Assembly: GCA_951406725.2 (NCBI GenBank)
Contig: OX597821.1
Location: forward strand, 85,622,001 to 85,686,000
Length of the DNA: 64,000 bases
Direction of reading: 5' to 3'
Source of the DNA: Octopus vulgaris
Taxonomy: Eukaryota
How positions within the stretch are numbered: position 1 is the stretch's first letter; the number at the start of each line of letters is the position of its first letter. The notes beneath the pieces were generated by a model. The model saw only the letters and a program-made list of their open reading frames with translations. It did no database searches and was not told where the DNA came from. The position numbers and the translations under genes are program-made. Below are positions 39,681 through 54,049 of this stretch, piece after piece.

Positions 39681-40077
39681 TCTTTATATATAAAAGTGAG
39701 GTTGTGTGCTGTCTGTCTCCTACGATTTAGATTCCTAACTACTTCCACATTTTGCGGTGCAGTTTAACCAAAACCGGGTATCTTATAGTCGTGATTCATA
39801 TCGAGCCCTTTTGGGTATTAGCGCGCGTCTACGATGAGTCTACAATTTAAAAATAAATTTACCATCAATTTTTCCCATTTTTAATGCATTTTTGGCATAT
39901 ATAAGGGAAGTAACTCTCTAAAAATGTATTATTAAATCTCAGAACGTAAAAAGCTACAGTAACCCCCCCACTTTTGTGGTTAGCCATATTGAGATGGCTA
40001 TTATACCTTACACCTCTAAAAATGCTTATATAGTTATTTCCCTTACAAACTCGAGCAACGCCGGGCGATACTGCTAG
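39681..40077 (+). mobile_element. Non-autonomous Helitron
   Basis: A|TC start, hairpin + CTAG|T end; near-identical to 26437-26829. Confidence 0.9.
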
Positions 40078-40250
40078 TTGAAAATAAACCCTTTTACTCA
40101 AGAACACAAATAAGGCACTTCTCGATCTGAATTTCAAAACCACGATCCCAAGAAAACTGTGATATGTATGAAAGGTCGAGGATGCCTGATTTATTTTGGT
40201 TTGATGAGAAACACGTCAATAGAGGGAACAGAAAATATATTTCTGCATCA

Positions 40251-40660
40251 AGGCGCAGGAGTGGCTGTGTGGTAAGTAGCTTGCTAACCAGCCACATGGT
40301 TCTGGGTTCAGTCCCACTGCGTGGCATCTTGGGCAAATGTCTTCTGCTATAGCCTCGGGCCGACCAAAGCCTTGTGAGTGGATTTGGTAGACGGAAACTG
40401 AAAGAAGCCTGTCGTATATATGTATATGTATATATGCATGTGTGTGTTTGTCTATGTGTGTTTGTCCCTCTAGCATTGCTTGACAACCGATGCTGGTGTG
40501 TTTACATCCCCGTCACTTAGCGGTTCGGCAAAAGAGACCGATAGAATAAGTACTGGGCTTACAAAGAATAAGTCCCGGGGTCGAGTTGCTCGACTAAAGG
40601 CGGTGCTCCAGCATGGCCGCAGTCAAATGACTGAAACAAGTAAAAAGAGAAAAAAGAGTA
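40251..40660 (+). mobile_element. SINE family A, young copy
   Basis: Near-consensus family A sequence. Confidence 0.92.
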
Positions 40661-40793
40661 AGTCAAACTGTGATTGAGACGTGTGCAGATCTAAATCTAG
40701 TTGGAATTGCATAGTAAGTAACAGCTTCCATCAGTCACCTATGCTTCAAACCGTGCAGATTTGCAACGGGACCGAACAGTCATCTGAGAGGTC

Positions 40794-40876
40794 ATGGATG
40801 GAATGTCAGAAATGCCATTGACAACAAGAAAGCACAAGGAGACGGCAATCATCTGTGAAGATCGAGCAACCACCAA
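40794..40876 (+). CDS. Candidate coding exon 1 of a 55-aa microprotein (MDGMSEMPLTTRKHKETAIICEDRATT[K])
   Basis: GTCATGG Kozak context, in-frame stop upstream, possible acceptor GCAG| at 40758, donor CAA|GTATGT; phase 2 matches the exon at 45823. The donor coincides with the start of a (GTAT)n tract, so it could be chance. Confidence 0.45.
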
Positions 40877-41164
40877 GTATGTATGTATGTATGTATGTAT
40901 GTATGTATGTATGTATGTATGTATGTATGTATGTATGTATGTATGTATGTATGTATGTATGTATGTATATATATAGCGGCGTAGTACACTTTGTTCTCTT
41001 ATATATTATGTATGTATGTATGTATGTATGTATATATATATATATATAGCGGCGTAGCAATGTATGCATGTATGTATGTATGTATGTATGTATGTATGTA
41101 TGTATGTATGTATGTATGTATGTATGTATAGTTATGTATGTATGTATGTATGTATGTATGTATG

Positions 41165-41201
<37 letters not shown>

Positions 41202-41285
41202 CGGCGTAGTAATGTATGTATGTATGTATGTATGTATGTATGTATGTATGTATGTATGTATGTATGTATGAATGTATGAATGTAT
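40877..41285. repeat. Compound (GTAT)n/(AT)n tract with a recurring AGCGGCGTAG spacer
   Basis: Spacer at ~40975, ~41048 and ~41200. Confidence 0.9.
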
Positions 41286-41602
41286 GTACGTTCACGTATA
41301 CATGCATGTACACATACAGGTACACCCACACGCACCTCTCCTATACACTGGAGTGGAAGTTTATCTCCAAAGAAAGAGACCTTGCACATTCATGTCTGCG
41401 CATGTGTGACTATGTATGTTCATGTTTTCCTAGGTACATACATGTATGTATCCATGCATATGAGTGTTCGTAAATAACTATATTATTTATGCATGAATTT
41501 ATGCTAATATGTATGCATTGTATACATATAAATGTCTGTAAGTCTACGTGACTGCTTTTGTATCATGTGTATGTGTGTGTATGTAATATATATGCACAAA
41601 CA

Positions 41603-41960
<358 letters not shown>

Positions 41961-42134
41961 CGTGTGTGCGTGTTCGCATACACGTTTATACGTATACATT
42001 TATGTATATTTATATGGAAAGTACGTATCTATACGCGCTCCTATGTCTACATACATATACTTACATGCTGTTGCACATGTATATGTACGCATGAGTGTAC
42101 GTACAATGTGCACACATATCTAGTTCCTTGAATG

Positions 42135-42165
<31 letters not shown>

Positions 42166-42811
42166 GAATACATGCACACATATACATATGTATGTACATG
42201 TACATACCTCGTTCCTTGTAAACGTGTAGCCTGTAATTGTTTTAAGAGCTAATTTGAATTAATTTTCATCGTTATAATGTGGAGTTACTATGGCAAAAGC
42301 GTTTGAATCGGAAACACGTTAAATACAAGAGCAAGACGTCCACCACGCACTCCCCCCCCCCCATCTCTCTCTTTCACTCTCTTTTTTTCTTTTTTTTTCT
42401 TTTTTCACCACCCCATTTAATTCCCCCCCCTTCCTCCAGCCTTTTCCTTTTTCTGTCCACTTAAAGCTACTGCAACCATTCATGGTGTGTGTTTTAGTTT
42501 TATTCTTTTTTTCTTTTGTTTTTTGCTTTTTAATGGATTATAATTTTGTGAAGCTAAGAAACAAAAGCTTAAATGAACAAAAAAAAACAACAAAAAACAA
42601 CAACAGGCAAATAATAATAAATATATATATATAAATATATAAAATAAAATGAAATTGAATAGAATAACACACACACACACACACACACACATACATACAC
42701 TATACTGGGACTTAATTTCAGTCACAGATTCCGGAGAGTGAGTTTATTAGAAGCGGGAAATAGAAACGAATATGCAGCGAAGTAAATTAACAACTTCACC
42801 ACCACCACCTT

Positions 42812-42920
42812 CAACAACAACAACAACAACAGCAACAACAACAACAACAGCAACAACAACAACAGCAACAACAGCAACAACAACAACAACAACAATAACA
42901 ACAACAACAACAACAACAAC
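42812..42920. repeat. (CAA)n microsatellite
   Basis: Direct reading. Confidence 0.95.
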
Positions 42921-43433
42921 CACGTCGTCACTAATAACAGCACTATCATCTGTAACAACAACAAAACTTCATCAAAAATTACATTGGGAACAACAACGAG
43001 ACAACAATAACAATAACATCAACTGCAGCAGTAGCAGTAGTAGTAGTAGCAGCAGTAGTAGCAGCAATATCGACATCACTATTGACATCAACGGAAAACT
43101 CTTCATGGTCGTAAAGCCTGCTAGATATAACAGCCAATTTTCTCATAAATATATAAAGATAACCCATATTGGCTAATAATGTCCCTGATATGCAAAATGA
43201 CGGAATGGTCGCAACTGGAACGTTATGGTACATCGGTCCAAGAGCACAGAGAGTCAAAGAAATGCCCATGAACATCTGAGCGGAGTCACCCCACTACGAA
43301 ACCCCTACAAGCTCCTCTGAATTTTCATGGCAATCGCTCCGTTCCGGGATCCTGAAAGGAAGAGATTCTGGACATAGAAGGAACCAACAACACTATGAAC
43401 ACTAACATCTAAATCGTGCTTTATATATATCCA

Positions 43434-43584
<151 letters not shown>

Positions 43585-43792
43585 GTATATATATATATAT
43601 ATAAAGCACGATTTATTCGCGATTAGAGTTGTGTGAAAACCGAGGTAATACTATATTGCATTTTATCTTATATTCTACCGATTCAATCAATTCATCATGC
43701 TTTAAAACCGCTAGTTGTAAAACGTGTCTAAGCACAAGCGCACAGCATAGCGGGAGCATTGGTTATGGACACGGTATATACCAACTGGTATA

Positions 43793-44024
43793 AAGGCGGC
43801 GAACTGGCAGAAACGTTAGCACGCCGGGCGAAATGCTTAGCGGTATTTCGTCTGCGTTACGTTGTGAGTTCAAATTCCGCCGAGGTCGACTTTGCCTTTC
43901 ATCCCTTCGGGGTCGATAAATTAAGTACCAGTTACGAACTGGGGTCGATGTAATCGACTTAATACCTATGTGTGTCCTTGTTTATTCCCTCTGTGTTTAG
44001 CCCCTTGTGGGTAATAAAGAAATA
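43793..44024 (+). mobile_element. Meta-domain SINE monomer
   Basis: AAGGCGGCGAACTGGCAGAA head, CCTTTCATCCCTTCGGGGTCGATAAA domain; 15-bp direct repeat GGTATATACCAACTG at 43773-43787 and 44025-44039. Confidence 0.9.
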
Positions 44025-44389
44025 GGTATATACCAACTGTACTTCATTTCAAAGTTGACCTAGCAGAATTTAAAACTCAGAACTCGAAGAAACGTAACTA
44101 AATACAACAAAAACATTATCTCTGACACTCTATCAAATTTGTTGTAACAACACTTTTTTAGAACTTTAGAGCCAGGCCACAGAATAAAATACTAAAAAGA
44201 TAAATAAAAGTACTATTCGCAGACCTTTCAAATGTGCTTATTAGGCTTAAATTTTCGTCACATTTACCAGACATTGGAGATTCACCTATTTTCTTTGCCA
44301 AAAGAAAGTAGCTGCGTTCTCTTTATAATAATGGTAGTTAAATATGTCTGCCTGTTTTATAACTTCCGGTTTGGTTCGCAATTCGCTTA

Positions 44390-44421
<32 letters not shown>

Positions 44422-44430
44422 CTCCATTTA

Positions 44431-44862
44431 TATGTATGTATGTGTGTGTGTATGTATGTATATATGTATGTATGTATGTATGTGTGTGTGTGTGTCTGTA
44501 TGTATGTGTGTGTGTGTATGTATGTATGTATGTATGTATGTATGTATGAATGCATGTGTGTATGTATGTATGTATGTATGTATGTATGTATGTGTGTGTG
44601 TATGTATGTATGTATGTATGTGTGTGTATGTATGTGTGTGTATGTATGTGTGTGTGTGTATGTATGTATGTATGTATGTATGTATGTATGAATGTGTATG
44701 TATGTATGTATGTATGTATGTATGTATGCATGTATATATGTATGTATGTATGTATGTTTGCATGTGTGTATGTATGTATGTATGTGTGTGTGTATGTATG
44801 TATGTATGTATGTATATATGCATGCATGTATGTTTGTATGTATGTATGTATGTATGTATGTA
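44431..44862. repeat. (TATG)n/(TG)n microsatellite
   Basis: Direct reading. Confidence 0.98.
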
Positions 44863-45822
44863 GTACACAGGCACACATTTCTCAACACGATCGTTAAAGA
44901 CATTAAGACGTTAAAGACATTAATTTTTTTCTTCTTTTTTGCTCATCAAAGTCAATTTATTATACCAAGCGGATCTCACAAGCATCCTAATTTTGAAAAG
45001 GTTAAATTCACAAAGATGGTTGATAGTGAAAATTTCCGGTCTGTGGTCTGTTATATATAGTGTATATAGCAATAAAGAATTACAAACCAATATGTATTTT
45101 ATTTTATCTATTAAATGTTTGATTATGAAAATTTCCTGCGTGTGCTCTGTTGCATATATTATAATGTTATATACAGAAATAAACAACTTGGAAATCGTCC
45201 TTGTTTGTACTCGGACACGAATTTCAATATCATTTTCCTTTTACCCAATTCTTTCTTGAATAGACACCTATATTTCAATGAAACAAAGTATTACTTTTTT
45301 CGGGCATAAAACAACTTGTCATGCACTGGTATTTTTAACAGGCACGGATTGTAGCCATATCAGTTTCACGTACGATAACGGCCGTCCAGCAAATACGACT
45401 CAACAATCTCTAGACGCTGAACAAGAGCAAAATCTTTATTACAATCATGCGATCTTACATAGATTGGGACATAACAAGACAGACAAATACAAAGAATGTT
45501 ATATGAGTTCGAATGAGACTTAAAAATTTAGTTGTAATATGACATAAACGAAAACTTGGCCTACTTTTGCCTTTAAACGAATCATTGGCTTACTTTTGCC
45601 TTTACAACGAGAACTTTTGTGTGTGTGTTTTTTTTTAATAAAATAGAAAACATGACATATGCTAAAACGAAAAGGGGAAAAATGCAGGTTCCAAATTTTG
45701 AACCCGGCAGCCTATAAGGCCCAGCAACTAATTTTTCCTTTCTTCTATGATTAAGCTGGGTTACTCACACCCACCTTTCTCATCACTTCCTTCCATCGTT
45801 TCACATTCTCTTTCTGTGGCAG

Positions 45823-45907
45823 ATTCCTCTTCTCCAACAAGAAGAGCAAGAAGGGCGGTTACGTTGTTCTCGGCTCAGACCACAGCACAGACTGTAATAC
45901 CTGTTGA
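45823..45907 (+). CDS. Candidate terminal coding exon (FLFSNKKSKKGGYVVLGSDHSTDCNTC*)
   Basis: Long pyrimidine tract + TGGCAG acceptor, GC3-rich codons in AT-rich surroundings, TGA at 45905-45907, AATAAA at 46031-46036. Confidence 0.55.
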
Positions 45908-46078
45908 CCCAATCTCGGACCGGCAATGTTTTCCCGTAGTACTGCCAGAACAATACCTACTTTGAAATTGACCGTAATGTCATGCTTGAAAGTAGTCGAC
46001 AAAAAACACGCTGTTATCATTGAAGCCCAAAATAAACCTCAGCAGATCACTGTTGACACGCTCCTTTAACTTTATATT

Positions 46079-46125
<47 letters not shown>

Positions 46126-46166
46126 GACATACACACGTACAGAGATAGATACACACGTATAGAGAC

Positions 46167-46197
<31 letters not shown>

Positions 46198-47122
46198 GGC
46201 ACATACATGTGAACAGAGAGGCACATACACACACAGGCACATACATGTGAACACAGAGGTATACACACACAGGCACGTGCACTTATATATACTTCTATTT
46301 TTCAAAAAGATTCGCGCGTTCGTTTTAGCCAGACTGACGAAAGAAACTAAGCTAAAACTTTGACGTAACTGTCAACCTTTTCCATGTTGAAAAACATTAA
46401 ACATGATACTACTGCAAGGTATCGAGTGAGCCTTCAATTAATATATGTAATATGTAACTGCTTATATATATATACAACTATATATAAAACAAAGATTAGT
46501 ACACACACACACATACATTACTTTAACAGGGAGTTTACCTAAGTTTCGTGTTTCCACTTGTCTTAAGTAACTGAAGTATTTTTCGCAGAAATAAAATTGA
46601 AGTTGAATAGACGGTAGATGAAATTCAAACGGAAATCTCAACCTCAAGCGATTTTAGACGTACTTCTGAAAGAGGGACGTCTATGCTGAATTTAAGGTGT
46701 GGAGGGCTCGCTGGAATCAGTCCGTACGTTCTCAAGAGGATTATTTCGAAGGAGTGGGTGCCAAATACAAATAATTTATGTAAAACATTATTTATTGAAT
46801 TACTAGTGTACAATTTGTTAGTCCTGGCCAGAGAACTTTCTACTAATATTTCGTACATAAAATATGTACTAAATACACACACACACACACAACGTATGAT
46901 ATATAGATATATAATGTATGAATTTGAATATATCATTTGATACCTGATATGTTTTATATAATAAGTATAGACATACGGACAAACACTATATAATACGACA
47001 TCGGGTTTAAAAATTTGTTTGGAAGCAGTAAGTAGATTGTAATCAATTAATCCCGTATGTGCGTACGCGCACGCGTGTGTGCAATTGTGTATGCATGTAT
47101 GTATGTGTGTGTGTGTATATAT

Positions 47123-47342
47123 ACTCTTTTACTCTTTTACTTGTTTCAGTCATTTGACTGCGGCCATGCTGGAGCACCGCCTTTAATCGAGCAACTCGAC
47201 TCCGGGACTTATTTTTTTGCAAGCCTAGTACTTATTCTATCGGTTTCTTTTGCCGAACCGCTAAGTGACGGGGACATAAACACACCTGCATCGGTTGTCA
47301 AGCAATGCTAGGGGGACAAACACAGACACACAAACACACACA

Positions 47343-47386
<44 letters not shown>

Positions 47387-47538
47387 TATTTCAGTTTCAG
47401 TCAACCAAGTCCACTCACAAGGCTTTGGTTGGCCCGAGGCTATAGTAGAAGACACTTGCCCAAGATGCCACGCAGTGGGACTGAATCCGGAACCATGTGG
47501 TTGTTAAACAAGCTACTTACCACACAGCCACTCCTGCG

Positions 47539-47541
<3 letters not shown>
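47123..47541 (-). mobile_element. SINE family A
   Basis: Reverse complement of family A. Confidence 0.9.
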
Positions 47542-47617
<76 letters not shown>

Positions 47618-47620
<3 letters not shown>

Positions 47621-47812
47621 ATTTTATAGAAGGAGCTTCTACAGGACTAGAACTGTTTCATTCAAAAGAAATCATCAGGAAGCTTCCTGATGATTTCTTT
47701 TGAATGAAACAGTTCTAGTCCTGTAGAAGCTCCTTCTATAAAATAAATTAATTTACTCTGCTATGTATTGAGTACCTTATTGACTGTGGTTAACCCCGAC
47801 TCAACCCGGGAC
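47618..47812. mobile_element. Penelope-like insertion in (TA)n: perfect 130-bp palindrome (47618-47747) plus ~65-bp unpaired tail
   Basis: Arms are exact reverse complements centred on AAGCTT (47680-47685); (TA)n on both sides. Confidence 0.85.
47681..47731 (+). ncRNA. Complete type I hammerhead ribozyme motif (identical copy on - strand at 47634-47684)
   Basis: AGCUUC-CUGAUGA-U-UUC(uuuu)GAA-U-GAA-ACAG(uucuaguc)CUGU-A-GAAGCU: 6-bp stem I, intact core, 4-bp stem III, GUA cleavage triplet ending at 47725. Confidence 0.8.
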
Positions 47813-49665
47813 CTATATATATATATATATATATAAGTATATTTGTGAATGTATAGTGTGTGTGTGTGTGTGTGTGTGTGTATACACGCATGCATGTAGA
47901 CACGTATATGTATTCATGTACCGTATATAATATGACAGAGGGTTAAAATTTTGTTTGGAGCAAGTAAGTAGGTTATGCGAGTGATATCATCTTTTTCGTT
48001 CGATGTAAGAATGGTTATAGGAAACCGGAAAAAAAAATTGTTGAATCTATGTTCTTGTCTGTGACACAAAACGCATAACTCGAAGTCTGCCATGCGATAT
48101 TTTTCAAAATAATCTGATAAATGTTTGTAAGAAATCCACACACACACACACAGAGCTTGAGTAACCTTCAAATTTTTTTTACTGTTCAATAGAGATATAT
48201 TGTATATTAAATGTAACTCTGCATTTTCAATATTCGGACCAAAAGGAATTATTTCAATACACGACATCTGCAGTCGAAGATCTTAAGTATGAAAGATCAT
48301 TCCAACTTTTATTTTCATTCACACACAAAGGAAAGTTTATTTCGCTTTTCTATACTTTAAAAGCTTTAACTAAAACTAGAATCGAAAGGAAAGTAACTAT
48401 GTAACGTGGTCCTAAGTGAAATGTCGTGTGAATATAGCCGTAATTACATTATCTAATGTGTAATGTTATCATTTAAATCGGTACATTGCAATATAAGTGA
48501 GATTTCGCTACTATTTCCATCCAGCAAGTCGAATAATCACGCAATGGCGCTCACGTAAGATCGCATTCGAAGATTCAATAGATTATCATGGTCTTCACCG
48601 TTTCGCTTCTGTTTTATTTTAATTCAATACTTCAGCTCCCTTCTTTCTAACGCTACCTTTTTTTTTCAGTGGTTTATCTTGCACTTCACATCTATGGGAC
48701 ATGCATATAACAGTTATCTGTGTTGTAATACATCTGTTACGTAAGACATCAAGACATCTGTTCAAGCGATTAAGAGACATTGAAAATGAAACCTCGATAG
48801 CGGAAAAGGAAGGGCGGCATCCATGTTATTTGTAGGCTTTCCAAGACATGAGATCAATGTACTTGATGTTCAGCCTGAACTTCTGTTGCTTAATGTCTGA
48901 AGGGTAAAATATTGGCTGAGTTTGATGCCCTGAGGGTTGTCATTATGATTTGAAAGATCGTGTTTGTGTGGTAATACAAAAATGGATTGATAACTGGATG
49001 AGTGACAGGTGTACAGGAATGACCAATGGTCAACTTGCAGCACGTGACTGGTATTTATTTGACCAACTTCGGAAGAATGAAATGTATTGTATTCGGTGAC
49101 GGGATCAATGTGTGTAAAATAGAGGATCATACACTTCGGCTTTTTTTTTTTTAAACATAGGAGAGACAGATTATATGAGTCAGAATCTCAGGTTAGCATC
49201 CTAAATGACCAACAGGATTTATCAGTCAGAGTTTTTCGACAACGGCGCATCAAAACGATGAGCATCACGAAGTGACAAATACAACACAGAGAAGCAGAGA
49301 ATATGCTTTCTTTATGCAAGCCTTGTGATATGACTGAAAACAAAAATCCATTTAAATCAAATTGTCTCAATTATATCAGTAGAGTTTCCAGACTTCGGAA
49401 GTGAGAAAGGCTTCTTTGAAATCATGAATCAACTGATGTAATAAGTTGTCTTCAACTTTTCCAAGTGTAATAACTTGTTCTGTAATTTTCCAGGTTTATA
49501 ATCTTAAATATATTATTTCTCTTGCTCGCATTTTCCATGTTTTATATATATATAGTTAATCCAAACATGAAACCACAAAAAAAACACAACAACGCGAGGA
49601 CGTGGAACAAATATAGTATTATTGGACGCTCAGGAAAGAAGGAAAGAAGGAGGGTTATATATATA

Positions 49666-49711
<46 letters not shown>

Positions 49712-49740
49712 GTAATATGTGACAATTATTCGGTAGCCAT

Positions 49741-49801
49741 GAAAAAACTCCGAGTTTCGGATGCCGATGTGGAAATCCACGCTGCCATCTCTTCAGTTAT
49801 C
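49741..49801 (-). ncRNA. Type I hammerhead ribozyme motif (CUGAAGA core) between 38-bp inverted repeats
   Basis: Minus strand reads GAUAA-CUGAAGA-GAUGgcagcGUGGAuuUCCACaucggCAUCc-GAAA-CUCGGAG-UU-UUUUC; inverted repeats at 49705-49742 and 49808-49845. Confidence 0.65.
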
Positions 49802-50096
49802 CGGCCATCATGGCTATCGAATAATTGTCAGATATTACATTTACAGATACATTCCTCTATTTACATAATATCGATGTCTCTTTCTTTCTTTTGTTGTCCT
49901 ACCATTTTTATCAATATATAAATATAGCAACATTTATATAAATCCGGGATCTGGAATTATCCAATAATTTTTTGCTAGTTTATTTCGTTTCTTTATCTTC
50001 TCTTCTGATGCTGTATGAATACTTGATGAGGTTTTAGAGTCAAGTTTTGACTGCTATATTTAGCATGATGGTATCTTTTAGATACCCTTTATTATA

Positions 50097-50167
<71 letters not shown>

Positions 50168-50755
50168 AGAGAGAGAGAGAGAGAGAGATGTATGTATGTA
50201 TGTATGTATGTATGTATGTATGTATGTATGTATGTATGAATGTATGTATGCATGCATGCTTGTATGTATGTCTGTATGTATGCGTGTATAGGTATACATA
50301 TGTAAACATACATACATTCATACACACATATACGCACATACATGCATAGATCCGTATATTTATAGACAACAGGCAAGAGAATATAGCAATGTATTGTAAT
50401 TTATACACACTTCGGAGCACTATTCATTAATATGTATGCTCGTACACGTGCACATACGCGCGCATGTGCACACACGTAAGATCATTCATATACAGAAGAA
50501 CTAACACCCCCTTATACACATACACCTTCACACACACATATACACATTCACGCAAATAGTTAAGTTGTTCCGTTTAGCAAACATTCAAAACCGGTCCGGT
50601 ATATCAGTCAGGCTTTCTTACATTCTCCCTCGGCATTTGTAGACGTAAAGGAAATGCGTTATGTAACCAGATGGTGTCAGTTTCGCAGGGTCACGTTGCG
50701 TGTTAAACCCTTTCTAGCTCGTAGTAAACACTACGTAAACACGCTCTACACGTGT

Positions 50756-51249
50756 ATACATACATACATACATACATAGATGCATGCATGCTTGCATGCC
50801 TGCATACATACATACATACATACATACATACATACATACATACATACATACATACATGCATACATGCATACATACATACATACATACATGCATACATGCA
50901 TACATACGTACATACATACATACTTACATACATAGACTCACACACATATACATAAATATATACATACACATACACACACGCACATACACGCACACACAGA
51001 CATATATATATATATACATACACACACACGCACACACAGACATATATATATATATATACATACACACACACGCACACACACGCACACACAGACATATATA
51101 TATACATACACACACACACACACACGCACATACAGACACATATATATATACATACACACACACGCACACGCACACACACGCACACACAGACATATATATA
51201 TATATACATACACACACACGCACACGCACACACACGCACACACAGACAC

Positions 51250-51281
<32 letters not shown>

Positions 51282-51300
51282 GCACATACACACACACACA
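50756..51300. repeat. Compound (CATA)n/(CA)n/(TA)n tract
   Basis: Direct reading. Confidence 0.97.
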
Positions 51301-51490
51301 ATGAGCTAATGAGAGAGCCAAATGCGATAACGGAAGAGATTAATAAGACAGACTCTAAGTGGAAGTCTGAATGCTGGAAATAGCATCCAAATCTCTCTCA
51401 AATTACGCCTCACCAGTTTAAAAGGAGGAAAAGACACATGCACACAGACACACACATTCATACATACATACATACATACATACATAATAT

Positions 51491-51532
51491 ATGATGATGA
51501 TGATGATGATGATGATGGTAGTGGTGATGATG

Positions 51533-51607
<75 letters not shown>

Positions 51608-51646
51608 ACGATGATGGTGATGATGATGATGATGATTACGATGATG

Positions 51647-51718
<72 letters not shown>

Positions 51719-51746
51719 ATGATGATGATGATGATGATGATGGTGG

Positions 51747-51790
<44 letters not shown>
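51491..51790. repeat. (ATG)n microsatellite, ~300 bp
   Basis: Direct reading; source of the poly-Met ORF. Confidence 0.98.
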
Positions 51791-52034
51791 TGTGTGTGTC
51801 TTTGTATAACAGGAAATATCGCTGTTTGGATAATTACTCTTAAACAGTGGTGTACTGACGGCCGTACTAAATAGATGCCTAGTTTATTGGTGATTTTTGT
51901 TTAAACCATTTCTGTTGGTCTCTTCGACCACTTAGCTCTCTTTATTTCTAATTGTGTCAGTTAGCCTTGGCCGGAAATATACATAACTGTGTTTTGTGAA
52001 TATTCTCTAATCTGCAGACTCGGTTACATTGTAC

Positions 52035-52076
52035 AATACTGATGAGGTCAAACAAACCGAAACATATGTCCATATT
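52035..52076 (+). ncRNA. Minimal type I hammerhead motif with imperfect stem I
   Basis: AAUA-CUGAUGA-GGU(caaacaa)ACC-GAA-ACAUAUGU-C-caUAUU; core and GUC triplet intact, palindromic stem III. Confidence 0.6.
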
Positions 52077-52321
52077 TCGCTCTAGATCGTAGACAAAAAT
52101 GAAATTGCTTTTCTAGTATATTCATTTCACAAAATTATCTCCTCTTGTCTTTCGGAGTCTTTAACAAATTACTGCTAATTTTTATTTTCTGTTCTAACAT
52201 AGAAGGGAATTTTAGTACATCAAGAATTTAAGAATCTATTGTATGTTGCATCCAATATATACATACATATATGTAATCATACATACATTTATGTGTATGT
52301 ATGTATGTATGTATGAATGTA

Positions 52322-52490
52322 TATAATATAATATAATATAATATAATATAATATAACATATAATATAATATAATATAATATAACATATAATATAACATAA
52401 TGTAATATAATATAATATAATATAATATAATATAATATAATATATTATAATATAATATAATATAATATAATATAATATAATATAATATAT
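52322..52490. repeat. (TATAA)n pentanucleotide repeat
   Basis: Direct reading. Confidence 0.97.
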
Positions 52491-52500
52491 TATATGTATT

Positions 52501-52770
52501 GGCACAGGCGTGGCTGTGTGGTAAGAAGCTTGCTTCCCAACCACATGGTTCCGGGTTCAGTCTCACTGCGTGGCATCTTGGGCAAATGTCGTCTACTATA
52601 GCCTCGGGCCGACCAAAGCCTGGTGAGCGGATTTGGTAGACGGAAACTGAAAGAAGCCCGTCGTATATAAATGTATATGTTTATGTGTGTGGCTTTGTGT
52701 CTGTGTATGTCCCTCCCCCGGGGTTTGACAACCGATACTGGTGTGTTTACGTCCCTATAACTTAGCGATT
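52501..52770 (+). mobile_element. SINE family A, 3'-truncated
   Basis: Family A head and body. Confidence 0.88.
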
Positions 52771-53633
52771 CTTAGACAATGTGCATAAAATGAAGAGAGC
52801 ACGGGAGAGACAAGTTTTAACAAATGTTGTATAACTTTAACATTGAAAAAAGAAGGGAAAGAGTCTCCACGTTTCGGACGCTTGTCATTCATCAGAAGAA
52901 AACAGAAAAGAAAAAATGGAAGAGAAAAAGATTAATCTGCTCTAGCGTTTCTCGTAATTTCACCGTCGATTCTCCAAGAAACGTTATAAAAGATTACTCG
53001 TCTGAAAGTTTACTCAGACAGTGTTTTCCAATAATTATGTACTCTGCTTCATGTATCGAGTTCTTTTTTTTGCACTACTTGCTCACATAATCGCATATGA
53101 ATGTGTAAGCGTGTGTATGGTATTTTGTGTCTATATGCATATGCTTGTATACACATCTGTGTGCTTGTACACACATACACAACACAATATGCACGTACGC
53201 ACAAACACACACAGACAGACACGCACACACACACACACACACACGCACACACGCGCGCGCACACACATACACGGCATTAGCTTCCGCAGAGTTTCCGTCT
53301 AGCAGTTTCCACTCCCAAGACGTGTATCTTTCTTTCTCTCTATCTTTATTTATATACTTTCATGCGATGCTCCAGGGAGTAAAGACTGGATCTTTAATCA
53401 ATTAATCCCAACCCCCACCATACCCACGAACACATCTATACCAATGGGTGGGAACGTTATGAATTTACAAGAAATATTATACACATTTCTCTCATGATAA
53501 CTGTTTGTTTTGTCACATTACCTCTCTAATGAATGTAACAGCCTCGTCATAAGACACCGAAGGTTCGCGCCTACTTATTAACTTCTAAACTGTCTCCATT
53601 ACACCGCTATTCGTACATTAAAATATTTGCTAT

Positions 53634-54049
53634 ACTCTTTACTCTTTTACTCTTTTACTTGTTTCAGTCATTTGACTGCGGCCATGCTGGAGCACCGCCT
53701 TTAGTCGAGCAAATCGACCCCGGGACTTATTCTTTTGTAAGCCCAGTACTTATTCTATCGGTCTCTTTTGCCGAACCGCTAAGTGACGGGGACGTAAACA
53801 CACCAGTATCGGTTGTCAAGCAATGCTAGGGGGACAAACATAGACACACAAACACACACACGCATATATATATATACATATATACGACGGGCTTCTTTTC
53901 AGTTTCCGTCTACCAAATCCACTCACAAGGCATTGGTCGGCCCGGGGCTATAGCAGAAGACACTTGCCCAAGATGCCACGCAGTGGGACTGAACCCGGAA
54001 CCATGTGGTTGGTTAGCAAGCTACTTACCACACAGCCACTTCTGCGCCT
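53634..54049 (-). mobile_element. SINE family A, young copy
   Basis: Reverse complement of near-consensus family A. Confidence 0.92.
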
